Counted from the whole stretch's first letter, positions 1 to 13,354 are shown. The stretch is 63,825 bases of DNA, filler included, from Octopus bimaculoides (GCF_001194135.2; 9 parts of 9 records of this genome joined end to end with filler, not necessarily neighbours in it), one strand, 5' to 3'. Translations and numbers: made by a program. Notes: generated from the sequence alone by a model not told the origin.

Positions 1-52
<52 letters not shown>

Positions 53-243
53 GGAACGTGTATGTATAAAGAATGATTTTGTGAATTTTTTTTTTGCGTG
101 TATGTATGTGTGTATGTATGTATGTGTTTATATATATATGCACGTATAAATCTATCTATCAATATATATCTATGTGTTTGTGCACACGCGTGAGTGTTTG
201 TGCACACGCGTGAGTGTGTGTGCATCTGAGTATGTGCATATCT

Positions 244-274
<31 letters not shown>

Positions 275-2544
275 TTGTGTGTATGCGTGTGTATGTATGC
301 ATATGTAAGCAGGAGACAGTGGTATTTAATTTTCAGCCGTTTACATCTGTATGCGCACGTTCAAACAAACACATACTACATACATAAAAATATACACACA
401 AACACACACACAAACACACACATACACACGTACATATACATACATACATATATGTGTATGCGCGCGTGTGTGTGTGTCTCTACAAATGTACATATACTCA
501 CACATTTATGTATGTATATATGCCGCCCACGCTGCCGCACTTGCCCTTACCTCTCCAACACCACCCTCCTNNNNNNNNNNTTCCGCTCTACCGGTCACTC
601 TTTGCAACACCTGTCTGTGTTCGGATTGTCTTTGCACAGAGACCATCTGAAAACCCGTCTTCGCCGTGAACAGGGATTAATCTTCTCTCTTCGCTCCTTT
701 GCACCACATGTGCTCAACTTCCCTCCCCTTTTCATCTAACCCTTCTTCTCTCTCTTCTCTTCCTCCCACACCTACTTCTTCCCCCCCCCACCTCTCCTCT
801 CTTGCTCCAACTCCTACTTCTTCTCTTCACTCCTACTCACCTTCTCCCTTCCCCCTTTCCCTTCATCGTCACCCCTCCCTCGTAACTCTACTCCTAAACA
901 ATCCAACCCCACCTCCCCTATATATCCCATCCTTTACACCCACTCCCACATATCCCACCTCTAGCTCCACCCTCAGCCTAACCCACACCTCATTCTTGCT
1001 TTCCCCACTCTCGCCTCCTCCACATCCCAACACTCCCATACCACACACTACATTAACAAACACCATCATACCACACAACACCACATCACATCACACCACC
1101 ACGCACACACTAGAACTGACCATTTCCAGCACCCACACCATCATCCACACACGCACACGTCAAGGTCACCAGCCCTCTTCCACACGCACATACATGCTCT
1201 CTTATATTAACGCGCACCTTCGTTCTCGGATCACCACTACTTTATTNNNNNNNNNNNNNNNNNNNNNNNNNNNNNNNNNNNNNNNNNNNNNNNNNNNNNN
1301 NNNNNNNNNNNNNNNNNNNNNNNNNNNNNNNNNNNNNNNNNNNNNNNNNNNNNNNNNNNNNNNNNNNNNNNNNNNNNNNNNNNNNNNNNNNNNNNNNNNN
1401 NNNNNNNNNNNNNNNNNNNNNNNNNNNNNNNNNNNNNNNNNNNNNNNNNNNNNNNNNNNNNNNNNNNNNNNNNNNNNNNNNNNNNNNNNNNNNNNNNNNN
1501 NNNNNNNNNNNNNNNNNNNNNNNNNNNNNNNNNNNNNNNNNNNNNNNNNNNNNNNNNNNNNNNNNNNNNNNNNNNNNNNNNNNNNNNNNNNNNNNNNNNN
1601 NNNNNNNNNNNNNNNNNNNNNNNNNNNNNNNNNNNNNNNNNNNNNNNNNNNNNNNNNNNNNNNNNNNNNNNNNNNNNNNNNNNNNNNNNNNNNNNNNNNN
1701 NNNNNNNNNNNNNNNNNNNNNNNNNNNNNNNNNNNNNNNNNNNNNNNNNNNNNNNNNNNNNNNNNNNNNNNNNNNNNNNNNNNNNNNNNNNNNNNNNNNN
1801 NNNNNNNNNNNNNNNNNNNNNNNNNNNNNNNNNNNNNNNNNNNNNNNNNNNNNNNNNNNNNNNNNNNNNNNNNNNNNNNNNNNNNNNNNNNNNNNNNNNN
1901 NNNNNNNNNNNNNNNNNNNNNNNNNNNNNNNNNNNNNNNNNNNNNNNNNNNNNNNNNNNNNNNNNNNNNNNNNNNNNNNNNNNNNNNNNNNNNNNNNNNN
2001 NNNNNNNNNNNNNNNNNNNNNNNNNNNNNNNNNNNNNNNNNNNNNNNNNNNNNNNNNNNNNNNNNNNNNNNNNNNNNNNNNNNNNNNNNNNNNNNNNNNN
2101 NNNNNNNNNNNNNNNNNNNNNNNNNNNNNNNNNNNNNNNNNNNNNATATATATATATATATATATATACATATATATGTATATGTATATATCGTATCATG
2201 CAAAAGTCTTCGGTCACTTTAAACTATTGTAAATTTCTACTTGTTGCCAACTTATCAGTGGATGTTTCGCATTCCGTGTTTTACAGATGAAACATTGGCT
2301 CTGTCGGAGTCATTTCCATGACGTGTGTGTGTGTGTGTCTGTGTGTGTGTGTGTGTGTGTCCTTCGAATTTATCCATTTTAGAGACTTTATTCACATGAC
2401 CTATATATATATATATACTAATGGTTATATCTAATACATTTTTCGGTGTATTGTGTATTTGTGTTTGTTATGGATTTTCTGTAAGTATGAAGCTGTATAC
2501 CTTAATTTGCCATTTAATATATGCGAGGACCAAAAAGAAATCTT

Positions 2545-3772
2545 GCGACAGATTCCTTCTCTTCACTCCAGATTTTCCTCCAGAAGGAGTCTATGTCTTC
2601 TCGTGAAGGAACTTCCATGATGTTTACTGCTCTTCCTCTCATGTCTCTGTATACTGCTGCCTGGTTGCGGTTAAATTTTCTGTTTCTTGTTCTCTCGGTT
2701 ATTCTGTTCTGATATCAGAGTTTTTCACTGACGTCTTTTAGCTTCTGCTTGAGGGTAATCAGTTTGCAAGTGAATGTCCTCTGTTTGCTGTCTCCAGACA
2801 TCATTTCTATCTCCTTCTTGACTTTCTGTTGGTAGAACGTATAGTGATTTGCTTGTTAGCATGCAATTAGCATCATTACAAGACTGATGGTCTTCCGTAA
2901 ACCAGTTACCTTTTTCTCTATCTTCAAAACCCATTATGGTACTTTCTTTGTTATTGCGGCTTTGTTTACTTTTTGAATATCATTCATGTACTGTTTTACA
3001 GTAGTAGCCAGAGCATATAGACAGGCATTAATCTGCCAGTATGTGGGTTCATCACGTTGTTGTAAATATTCCTCTCCAATTTCGTTAACAGCTTTTAATT
3101 CCGTATCTGGTGGTTTTTACTTACTTAAGTAGAGAATACTCTCTCCGCGAGAGTGTCCTTCAAAGCCAAAGTTACTTTTTCTCGGAAAATTTCAGTAAGG
3201 GCACATTTCACTGGCATATAATCCTGACTACCACTACTATTACAATAATCGTTACGGTTGTGCCTGCTATTTACCACGGTCGTAGTAGGGGGACAGTGGT
3301 CAGTTACTTGAGCCAGTAATGTAGTTTGGCTGGCAGGCACTATAGAATTGTTTGAATATCACTAGCTGCGAAACCACGTGATGGTCTTATATCATTCATG
3401 CTTTTGTTTTTGTTTATAGAGTATGAAAGAAGGGTCATTTTCGATTTCTTGATAAAGTTACAGTTACTAACCTTCTTTCTATGTTCTACAAATGTTGCTA
3501 GTTGGCGTAGTTGCTTCTCAGTAAAATTATTTAATTCTGGATGCAGATCATCCCAATATGGTTTCAATCGTTTCATATAGCCAACAGTGGTGTTTTGATT
3601 CGCTTTTTCGTAACAGTTAAAATAAATCAGTATTCAATTCATAACTCCAAGAGAAATAAGTTTTGTAGTTACAGTTTCTTCTATAACTGTTGAGCTGTTG
3701 CTTTTGTTCTGTTGAGCTGTTGCTTTTGTTCTGTTCCTCGACTGTGTTGTTGTTGATGTTGTGTCCAGCCAT
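2545..3772 (-). mobile_element. R4/Dong-like (RLE-type) non-LTR retrotransposon, decayed 5' part of the ORF
   Basis: Hand translation: ATG at 3772; SWSYELNTDL/FNCYEKANQNTTVGYMKRLKPYWDDLHPELNNFTEKQLRQLATF. A single frame from about 3119 to 2545 with three stops reads ELKAVNEIG...WQINACLYALATTV...RNRKFNRNQAAVYRDMRG...PSREDIDSFWRKIWSEE. These resemble the N-terminal and pre-RT regions of R4-clade ORFs. No RT follows. Confidence 0.7.
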
Positions 3773-4129
3773 GTTGTTTGAAGTAACTTTCTGCGTGCTA
3801 AATTTAAGTTTCAGTCGAAAATCACTACGTGAATAAAAGGTTCCCTCAGTTAATTCATCTGAAGACTAACCAGTTATTTAACAATGCTGCTAGTTGTGGC
3901 TCCAAAGTTGGAGATAGTATTCAGCGTATTTTGGATAAATAATCTCCATGCCATATATGCGACTTGTTGCTTCGAATGTATATATGTATGTATGTATGTA
4001 TGTGTGTATGTACGTATGTATGTATGCATGTATGTATGTATGTATGCATGCATGTATGTATGTATGTATGTATGTATGTATGTATGCATGTANNNNNNNN
4101 NNGTATGTATGTATGTATGTATGCATGTA

Positions 4130-4162
<33 letters not shown>

Positions 4163-4548
4163 CGGTTAGGCATTGCGAGACTAATAACCCGGTGTATATC
4201 GCAGTATACGAATGTTTCAGAGTGAAATGTTAGACGACTATAGAGGGTAATAAGAAAGAGAGATGTCAAAGAATAAATGACTGCCTTATGAACTTCATAC
4301 GCTTACTGCTTTAAGATACAGTGGACTCACAGCTGAGTGCCTGAATAACACCTTATATCCTCGAATATGAAGTGCAATTTATTTGGGAAAGAATCACATT
4401 TGTGCCTATATCAACAATGAAAAAACAATGAGAAACAGCTGTAAGCTAATGAAGTTAATAAGATAATCAATTATACCTTTATCACCTCTCTTTGTTATGT
4501 ATGTATGTATGTATCTATGTATCTATGTATGTATGTATGCATGCATGC

Positions 4549-4550
<2 letters not shown>

Positions 4551-4619
<69 letters not shown>
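4551..4619 (+). repeat. (GATA)n microsatellite
   Basis: Uninterrupted agat run. Confidence 0.95.
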
Positions 4620-4620
<1 letters not shown>

Positions 4621-4650
4621 ATGTACATACAGTCAAGTATAGAGAACAAA

Positions 4651-4859
4651 TTTCAAATGTCAAGTCCCTTTATCAAATTAAATCACTTCGCATCATAGGC
4701 ATATACATATACATTATCAATTCAAGTACACATTTACTAATCACGAAAGCATATTATACGCTTTCATGATTTGTATATTGGTACTTGAAATGATACTGCA
4801 AATGGATATGTCTATGATGCGAATTGATTTAATTTGATAAAGGGACTTGACCTTTGAAA
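4651..4859. mobile_element. Fold-back palindrome / MITE-like element, about 209 bp
   Basis: 4659-4708 gtcaagtccctttatcaaattaaatcacttcgcatcatagg... is the reverse complement of 4802-4851 (about 47/50). Pairing continues inward to gaaagc/gctttc around a loop near 4755. Confidence 0.8.
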
Positions 4860-4943
4860 CTTGTTCTCTATTCTTATTGCTCCTTAAGAGCGCTAATGAG
4901 TTGCGCTGTATTAAAGGATATCCTTTTGATATTCTTATTATTC

Positions 4944-4944
<1 letters not shown>

Positions 4945-4988
<44 letters not shown>
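4945..4988 (+). repeat. (TTA)n microsatellite
   Basis: Direct reading. Confidence 0.9.
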
Positions 4989-4989
<1 letters not shown>

Positions 4990-5537
4990 AGACGAGCCTC
5001 ACAGTCTCCGACTACATAATCCAACTTAGAGATTTGGTCAACCCAGAGTTATAGTTGAAGACACCTGTCCAATGTGCCGCGCAATAGAACTCAACTCAAA
5101 ACCACATTATTAGGAAGTAAGCTTCTTCGCCACAGCGGCATATTAATGTGAGAGAAAATAAGTCAGGAGACAAAAAATATCTTTTCTCCTCTATTTGTAT
5201 ATAGATATAAAAAGTCTGGATTTTTCTAAGAAAATAGTAGGATACTGCTTTTCTTGTTTTTTTTTTGTAGTTTATTCTGCTTCTAGCTGTTACTATCTAC
5301 TGAAAACAAAGGCAAAGGAAATAGTGTTCTATTGTTTCCTTAGGAAAAATCCAAGCTTTTTATATATCTTTGTAAAAATAAAAGAAATATTCATCCATCT
5401 TCTGACATTTTCTCTACCATTATCAATATCTCTCGCTCTACACCTCCAAGAACTTTTAGGCACAAACACAACACATATACACAAAGAAACATGCTTGTAA
5501 ATAAGTATGCAAATACACACATACATACATGCATACA

Positions 5538-5568
<31 letters not shown>

Positions 5569-6584
5569 TGGATAGTAGATAATAAAAAGAATGGTTTATA
5601 CTGGTAAAGCACGGTCACTCTCAGTGTTCCTTACGTAACTGTATATATATGTGTGTGTGTATATANNNNNNNNNNNNNNNNNNNNNNNNNNNNNNNNNNN
5701 NNNNNNNNNNNNNNNNNNNNNNNNNNNNNNNNNNNNNNNNNNNNNNNNNNNNNNNNNNNNNNNNNNNNNNNNNNNNNNNNNNNNNNNNNNNNNNNNNNNN
5801 NNNNNNNNNNNNNNNNNNNNNNNNNNNNNNNNNNNNNNNNNNNNNNNNNNNNNNNNNNNNNNNNNNNNNNNNNNNNNNNNNNNNNNNNNNNNNNNNNNNN
5901 NNNNNNNNNNNNNNNNNNNNNNNNNNNNNNNNNNNNNNNNNNNNNNNNNNNNNNNNNNNNNNNNNNNNNNNNNNNNNNNNNNNNNNNNNNNNNNNNNNNN
6001 NNNNNNNNNNNNNNNNNNNNNNNNNNNNNNNNNNNNNNNNNNNNNNNNNNNNNNNNNNNNNNNNNNNNNNNNNNNNNNNNNNNNNNNNNNNNNNNNNNNN
6101 NNNNNNNNNNNNNNNNNNNNNNNNNNNNNNNNNNNNNNNNNNNNNNNNNNNNNNNNNNNNNNNNNNNNNNNNNNNNNNNNNNNNNNNNNNNNNNNNNNNN
6201 NNNNNNNNNNNNNNNNNNNNNNNNNNNNNNNNNNNNNNNNNNNNNNNNNNNNNNNNNNNNNNNNNNNNNNNNNNNNNNNNNNNNNNNNNNNNNNNNNNNN
6301 NNNNNNNNNNNNNNNNNNNNNNNNNNNNNNNNNNNNNNNNNNNNNNNNNNNNNNNNNNNNNNNNNNNNNNNNNNNNNNNNNNNNNNNNNNNNNNNNNNNN
6401 NNNNNNNNNNNNNNNNNNNNNNNNNNNNNNNNNNNNNNNNNNNNNNNNNNNNNNNNNNNNNNNNNNNNNNNNNNNNNNNNNNNNNNNNNNNNNNNNNNNN
6501 NNNNNNNNNNNNNNNNNNNNNNNNNNNNNNNNNNNNNNNNNNNNNNNNNNNNNNNNNNNNNNNNNNNNNNNNNNNNNNNNNNNN

Positions 6585-6623
<39 letters not shown>

Positions 6624-6889
6624 GCAAGCACACAGACAGACAGATATACAGGCAGAGAAAGAGGGATGGAAGCGAGAGAGGGAGGAGAGAGATAGTAGAT
6701 GATAAAACGAATTGTTTATACGTGGTAGCTTACTGGTAAAGTACGGTCACTCACAGTGTTCGTTATGTATATGATTAATGAGAGACAGATGGAAGATACG
6801 AGAGTTTTTATTGATCACTACAATTGTTTCGATTATATCTAGCGCTGACCCCTTATAGGTGTGATACTTAACTGGTTCAGGAGCATATA

Positions 6890-7094
6890 TTTCGGCTTCA
6901 AAATTTGGCACAAAGCCAGCAATTTTGGGGAGGGGTACATCGATTACATCGACCTTAGTGCTCAACTACTATCTATGTTATCTACCCCCGAAAGGATGAA
7001 GGGCAAAGTTGACCCCGGCTGAAATTAGAGTCAGAAAATGAAGACGAACAAAATGCCGCTAAACATGCTAACGATTCTACCAGCTCGCTACCTT
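6890..7094 (-). mobile_element. SINE family B copy (head aaggcggcgagctggcagaa...)
   Basis: Diverged reverse-strand match to the + copy at 13054, including the ccccgaaaggatgaagggcaaagttgac core. Confidence 0.7.
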
Positions 7095-7133
7095 ATACAT
7101 AGAAATATATTAATCAACGCATAGATACTGAAC

Positions 7134-7214
7134 AGTAGAGATATAAAGGATAAAATCCTTTTTTTTTCCGCTTTTAGGAAGAAAAGAAAGGATTTTATCC
7201 TTTATATCTATACT
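7134..7214. other. Near-perfect hairpin (23-bp perfect stem)
   Basis: agatataaaggataaaatccttt (7139-7161) is exactly complementary to 7187-7209; the 25-nt spacer is partly self-complementary. Confidence 0.85.
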
Positions 7215-8323
7215 ACTTGCTCTACCGTACATTTCAGCGCTTCGAAAAACAAACTTGTTTGTTTACATATGGCGTAAATATATTAATATATCATTTAATA
7301 ATTACATGATTTAAAAGCGAGCCACTATAAGTTTCATGCCTCTGATAATACAATGGTCGGATGAGTTTGTATAGCATACCGTGTATCTTCACCCATTCAG
7401 CCTAAACGATTGCCGGAAAATACACAGCTCGATATACAAGCACGTCTGTATAAATCCTGTATACACTAAATGATATTTATCTCTCACTAGATGGAGTACG
7501 TTTTTTTTTTTTTTGTTGATTCCACCAATAACAGAACAATACACATTCATATAAATAATATACTATTTCTGTGAATATGTATACACGTATGTATGTAGGT
7601 ATTTATGTATACATGTGTATGCTTGCGCGCATGTGTGTGTATGTGTGTGATTATGAACACTTAATTTTTTTTTCATCTGAGATACCACATGAAACTAGTT
7701 CATTGCATGAAATGCAAATAATGGCAAGTGTGTCCAACTCACTGATTCAGCAGAACCAAACTCGGAATAAGGGCTATGGGAGCGAAATGAAACAAACTAC
7801 AAATCACACAACTGGCGGTTTTCCAGAATGGCCACAGCCCCTGGAGGATACATGTAGATGTAAACAGTATATGTACATACATACACCCACACACACATAT
7901 ATACATACATACACACACACACATATATACATATATACATATATACATATATATATATATATTTATATACAGACATATGTATATACAGACATATGTATAT
8001 ACAGACATATGTATATATACAGTCACATATACATATCTGTGTGCACGCGCGCGCGAGTGTTTGGTGTCAGTGTGTGAGTATGTTTGACAATATCTGTACA
8101 TAATCTTCAAAGGCAAAGAATTTATATATAATCAATATAAGAAAAAATTATATTTGAAAATGGCACTGGAGAGAAATATCTATAAACTTGTAGTATGCTT
8201 TTTTAGCTTTTTTGTTTTCATTTTTATTTTTCATTTTTAAAGATTCTTTTCTTCTTTTTTTTATTGTTTTCTGGAAAAATTCCAGCTTGGAATTTCTTTT
8301 GTAATCAACGGAAAGGTGTTGGA

Positions 8324-8362
<39 letters not shown>

Positions 8363-9694
8363 TGACCAAGTAAATGAGAGAGAAATTAAGAAAGGAATAC
8401 AAGAGACAACGAAATGGAGAGAGAAAGAGAGAGAGAGAGAGAGAGTAAAGAAAAAGTAGAGAGAGAGTAAAGAAAAAATAGAGAGACAGAAACGATATAA
8501 GCGAGAGAAAAGGTACATGACGTAGCAAGAGAAATATGAGGAACAGAGAGAGATATTGATAAAGACAGAGAGGTATATTGATAGAGAGATAGCGGGACAT
8601 ATTGATAAAGAGATAGGGATATATTGATAGATTGAGGAAGAGAATGAGAGAGAGAGGAAGAGGAGGAGTGACATAATAATAAGTTTTGGAGGAGAAAACC
8701 AAAATATTCAATGACTTTTATACATTCTACTATGAAATAGTTTTCAGCCTGACAGTTCTCTTTGGACGTTGTTGCTACGGTAACGGTTCTCCGTGAAGGC
8801 TACTAACCATTCTTTAAATGTAATCTTGTTTCAGCACAGAAGCCGATGGTTTTTACAATAGAAATTTTAAGCTCTTAAGGTTTCCTTTGCCGAATAGTTA
8901 AATGTGGATCGTATTTCATCGGCGTCGGTGTGTTGCTCTTATGTTTTACTTCAGTGTCTATCGTAACAGATTAAATTTTCAGAATACCTACTTGTGTTGT
9001 ATACTTGAAATGAGACGACTTGGTGTAGCTGTTTGAGCGCAGGCGGTTTGGAACAGCTGACTGGACATTTCAGTATGTTTTGGCAACAGTACTTTTTGGC
9101 ACTGGAGGCCAATACATATATACACGTGCGCAATAATATACACATACAGATAAAACAAAAAAAAAAGTGAGAGGGAGATGAAGAAGTGCGTGCGGTGTGT
9201 GTATGTGTGTGTGGTATTTATGTTGTTCAGAGTGATGATTGGTTAAATTTTTATGATCTCTCTGGTATGGTGGCTAATACGAAGGTAGACGTTCAATTTA
9301 AAAGATGACTGGGGTGGGACTGGGTCTAGTTTGTTGTTTGAAGTCAGGTTGCTAGGTTATAATTAGTAGATTAAAGTTATTGTATTGTTATTTCTGGTGA
9401 ATGACTTTAAAAAAAGCGGAAAAAGTAATTTTTCTGACTGAAGATAACATAAGATTTTATGAATAATTCAATGCTGTACCAAATTATCTTCTTTGACAGA
9501 AATATTTTGGAATTTAATTTTCTATATGTTAGTATACCAGTACGCAATGATGAAGAGACAGCATCCCTATTTGGATTGTATTTTTAATTGAAGAAAAACA
9601 GTTAAATGGCTTTTTCATAAGATCGAAAACTGGAAGTGCAGTAAACTTTGAAACATTCTGAGTTTTTGTTAAGAACATTTTATTTCTTCTTATA

Positions 9695-9917
9695 CTCTTT
9701 TACTCATTTACTTGTTTCTGCCATTTGACTGCGACCATGCTGGAGCACCGCCTTTAGTCGAGCAAATCGACCCCAGGACTTATTCTTTGGGAGCCTAGTA
9801 CTTATTCTATCAGTCTCTTTTGCCGAACCGTTAAGTTACGGGGACGTAAACACACCAGTATCGGTTATCAAGTGACGTTGGGGGAACAAACACAGACACA
9901 CAAACATATACACACAC

Positions 9918-9950
<33 letters not shown>

Positions 9951-10174
9951 NNNNNNNNNNNNNNNNNNNNNNNNNNNNNNNNNNNNNNNNNNNNNNNNNN
10001 NATATATACATATACATATATACAACGGGCTTCTTTCAGTTTCCGTCTACCAAATCTACTCATAAGGCTTTGGTCAGCCCGAGGCTATAGTAGAAGACAC
10101 TTTCCAAAGGTGCCACGCAGTGGGAATGAACCCGAACCATGTGGTTGGTAAGCAAGCTATTTACCACACAGCCG
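9695..10174 (-). mobile_element. SINE family A (tRNA-like head, bipartite with internal microsatellite), full copy
   Basis: Reverse complement of the + copies at 18295, 59611 and 62811. The 5' half lies at 10022-10174 and the 3' half at 9695-9905, with (TA/CA)n and a gap between. Confidence 0.85.
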
Positions 10175-10261
10175 CTTAAAATATATTTCAAAAGCCTTGA
10201 TTGAGTGGGTGTTAATCTGATTACTGCACTGAAAATTATACAACTAATTTAGAATAAAATG

Positions 10262-10478
10262 GTTCCAAATTTTGGTACATGGTCAGCGATTTTAGGGGAG
10301 TGGGTAAGACGATTACATCGATCCCAGTGTGTACAACTGGTACTTATTTTATCGACTCTGAAAGAATGAAAGGCAAAGACGACTTCGGCGGAATTTGAAC
10401 TCAGAGCGTAAAGACGGACGAAATACCGCTAAGCGTTTATGTCCGGCGTGCTAACGATTCTGCCAGCTCACCGCCTTA
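10262..10478 (-). mobile_element. SINE family B, full copy
   Basis: tggtacttattttatcgactctgaaagaatgaaaggcaaagacgacttcggcggaatttgaactcag...ctgccagctcaccgcctta matches 13054-13274 in reverse. Confidence 0.85.
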
Positions 10479-10977
10479 AATTAGGAAGTAAGAGATGAAA
10501 TAAAAGGAGGAAAACAAAAACTACAACACATGTGCTCTCTCGCACTCACGTTGCCACACGATCACATTCACTTACTCACACGTTCACTCATTCATTCACT
10601 CACTCACACGTTTATTCATTCACTCACTCATTCACTTACACGCATTCCAAAGCATACGCGTAAATGCAACAACGAAAGCTTGGAGAACTGGAATATCAAG
10701 CGCATGTCATTGATGAGGGTGCTTATGGCGACGAAAGGACAGGACTTTAGCAAACAAATTAATTGATTGATTGAAAGATTAATCAAGTAATCGATTAGAT
10801 AATTAGTTTATTTGTTAATTAGTTAACTAATTATGATAAAAAGAGGTGAAATGAAACCAGGGCGTATTTTGTTGTTTTTGCCTTTTTTTTGTTATTGTTT
10901 TCTTTTTTTTGCTTTTGTTTTTTTGATTTTTTTGGCAAAATGACCTTCCTAAAAACAGCAGGTAAAATAATGTGTCT

Positions 10978-11350
10978 AATTTCGGCACAAGGTGGAAATT
11001 TTGAGGAGCGGAAGTGAGACGATACCAAAGACTCCAGTACTTGACAGGAACTTTATTTTATCGACCCAAGAAGATTAAAAGAACAAGTTGACCTTGGTAG
11101 GATTTGAATGTAGAATATACAGAGCCAGAAAAAATACCATCAGGTACTCTGCCAATCCCTCGCTCTCTTTATTTCTAATGTAAGTCCAAGGTCACCAATT
11201 TTGAGAGGTGGAGAGATTAGTCGATTGTATCGACTGCAGTATTAAACGGGTATTATTCTTTATCAACTATCTAGTGATGAGCGGCAAATCTGACCGTGGT
11301 TGAATATAAAGTCAGACTGTAAAGAACCGGAACGAATAACATTAAGGTAT
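10978..11350 (-). mobile_element. Two older, diverged SINE family B copies in tandem
   Basis: Cores ttttatcgacccaagaagattaaaagaacaagttgacc (about 11057) and tttatcaactatctagtgatgagcggcaaatctgacc (about 11260), each with the same ccaatttt/aaatttt tail. Confidence 0.55.
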
Positions 11351-13053
11351 TTTTCCCAACTTTGCGTTTTTTTATTTTGAAGTTGTCTAATTCCAAAAGT
11401 TATTCATTCGCGGTTCGTCGAAGATGGAAGCTGCACTAAGTCTCCAAGATGTGTTTAAGTGGTTGGCTAAGCTGATTCAGCAATATTCGAGACATGATCT
11501 TATCATCTGATGATAATAAAGAAATTTCTCTGTAGATTCCATAAACCTCATACTCACCTCATTTTATGGGAGTCACAATATCGATAATTCTAAAGTCACT
11601 AGAAACAAATCGTCTTTCCCATACTCATAGAATCAGTGAACACAAAGAACTTCCTCCTTCGTTTTATAATTATGCAACTACGGAATCATGATCAAGAGTA
11701 TTGTTCCTTGCTAAGAAAATATGAAAGGATAGACATGACGATTATCAGGGGCAGTTGGTAGTCGGTTCAGTAGTTTGTTGAAGTGTTTAGCCCAACAATC
11801 GGAGCTGTTACAGTGTTGACAGGTTCATAAGTGGCACGGATAATTAAATAGAAACCACATACTTAAAGTTGGTCAGCAGAACTTTGGCGATCATTGACCT
11901 TCACTTCTAATCGTTTTCAGTTATACGGATTTGTACTTAAACTTCCGTTTTATGATATCGATAACTGTGTTTCTTAATTGTGGAACATATATATATATAT
12001 ATATATANNNNNNNNNNNNNNNNNNNNNNNNNNNNNNNNNNNNNNNNNNNNNNNNNNNNNNNNNNNNNNNNNNNNNNNNNNNNNNNNNNNNNNNNNNNNN
12101 NNNNNNNNNNNNNNNNNNNNNNNNNNNNNNNNNNNNNNNNNNNNNNNNNNNNNNNNNNNNNNNNNNNNNNNNNNNNNNNNNNNNNNNNNNNNNNNNNNNN
12201 NNNNNNNNNNNNNNNNNNNNNNNNNNNNNNNNNNNNNNNNNNNNNNNNNNNNNNNNNNNNNNNNNNNNNNNNNNNNNNNNNNNNNNNNNNNNNNNNNNNN
12301 NNNNNNNNNNNNNNNNNNNNNNNNNNNNNNNNNNNNNNNNNNNNNNNNNNNNNNNNNNNNNNNNNNNNNNNNNNNNNNNNNNNNNNNNNNNNNNNNNNNN
12401 NNNNNNNNNNNNNNNNNNNNNNNNNNNNNNNNNNNNNNNNNNNNNNNNNNNNNNNNNNNNNNNNNNNNNNNNNNNNNNNNNNNNNNNNNNNNNNNNNNNN
12501 NNNNNNNNNNNNNNNNNNNNNNNNNNNNNNNNNNNNNNNNNNNNNNNNNNNNNNNNNNNNNNNNNNNNNNNNNNNNNNNNNNNNNNNNNNNNNNNNNNNN
12601 NNNNNNNNNNNNNNNNNNNNNNNNNNNNNNNNNNNNNNNNNNNNNNNNNNNNNNNNNNNNNNNNNNNNNNNNNNNNNNNNNNNNNNNNNNNNNNNNNNNN
12701 NNNNNNNNNNNNNNNNNNNNNNNNNNNNNNNNNNNNNNNNNNNNNNNNNNNNNNNNNNNNNNNNNNNNNNNNNNNNNNNNNNNNNNNNNNNNNNNNNNNN
12801 TAACCGTGCGTGTGTGTATGCATGCACGTAGACAAACATGTATGTATGCATGTATTAGGGCAACGGCACCGGATAGTTGTTACAGCTTCAACCAACACTG
12901 CTTATACCACTCCAAAATTTCAAAACACTACGGCAACAACATACACCATTTATAAAACATACATTTTATACCACCTACGCAATGGCCAACATCAACTATG
13001 CCCCAACTACAACATATTCTGTCTATCCCACACTGTTAATATATTCTGCTAAC

Positions 13054-13274
13054 TAAGGCGGCGAGCTGGCAGAATCGTTACTGCGCTGGGCAAAATACAT
13101 AGCGACATTTTGTCCATCTTTATGTTCTGAGTTCAAATACCGCCGAGGTTGACCTTGCCTTTCATCCTTTTGGGGTTGATAAAATAAGTACCAGATGAGC
13201 AATGGGGTTGATATAATTGACTTACCCGCCGCTTCACCGAAATTGATGGTTTTCTGGCAAAATTTGAAACCAAT
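13054..13274 (+). mobile_element. SINE family B, full copy
   Basis: taaggcggcgagctggcagaatcgtta...gagttcaaatacc (B-box-like)...gcctttcatccttttggggttgataaaataagtacca...aatttgaaaccaat. Confidence 0.85.
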
Positions 13275-13354
13275 ATTACCGGTGGTCAATTATTTTATTG
13301 TTGACCTCCAGCCAAAATTTGAAACCAGTTTAGATTAATTAAGCGACAAACTAG

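Noticed and set aside
699-2222. 507-aa Ser/Pro/Thr/His ORF and all other long ORFs that span N runs
   Set aside because: Their length comes from gaps and C/A-rich low-complexity DNA; no domain or splice evidence.
9547-9661. C/D snoRNA-like ATGATGA...CTGA
   Set aside because: No terminal stem and no recognisable antisense guide; expected by chance in AT-rich DNA.
11551-11600. Consensus minus-strand donor GAG|GTGAGT
   Set aside because: Upstream frames are short or stopped; a lone donor is not evidence of an exon.
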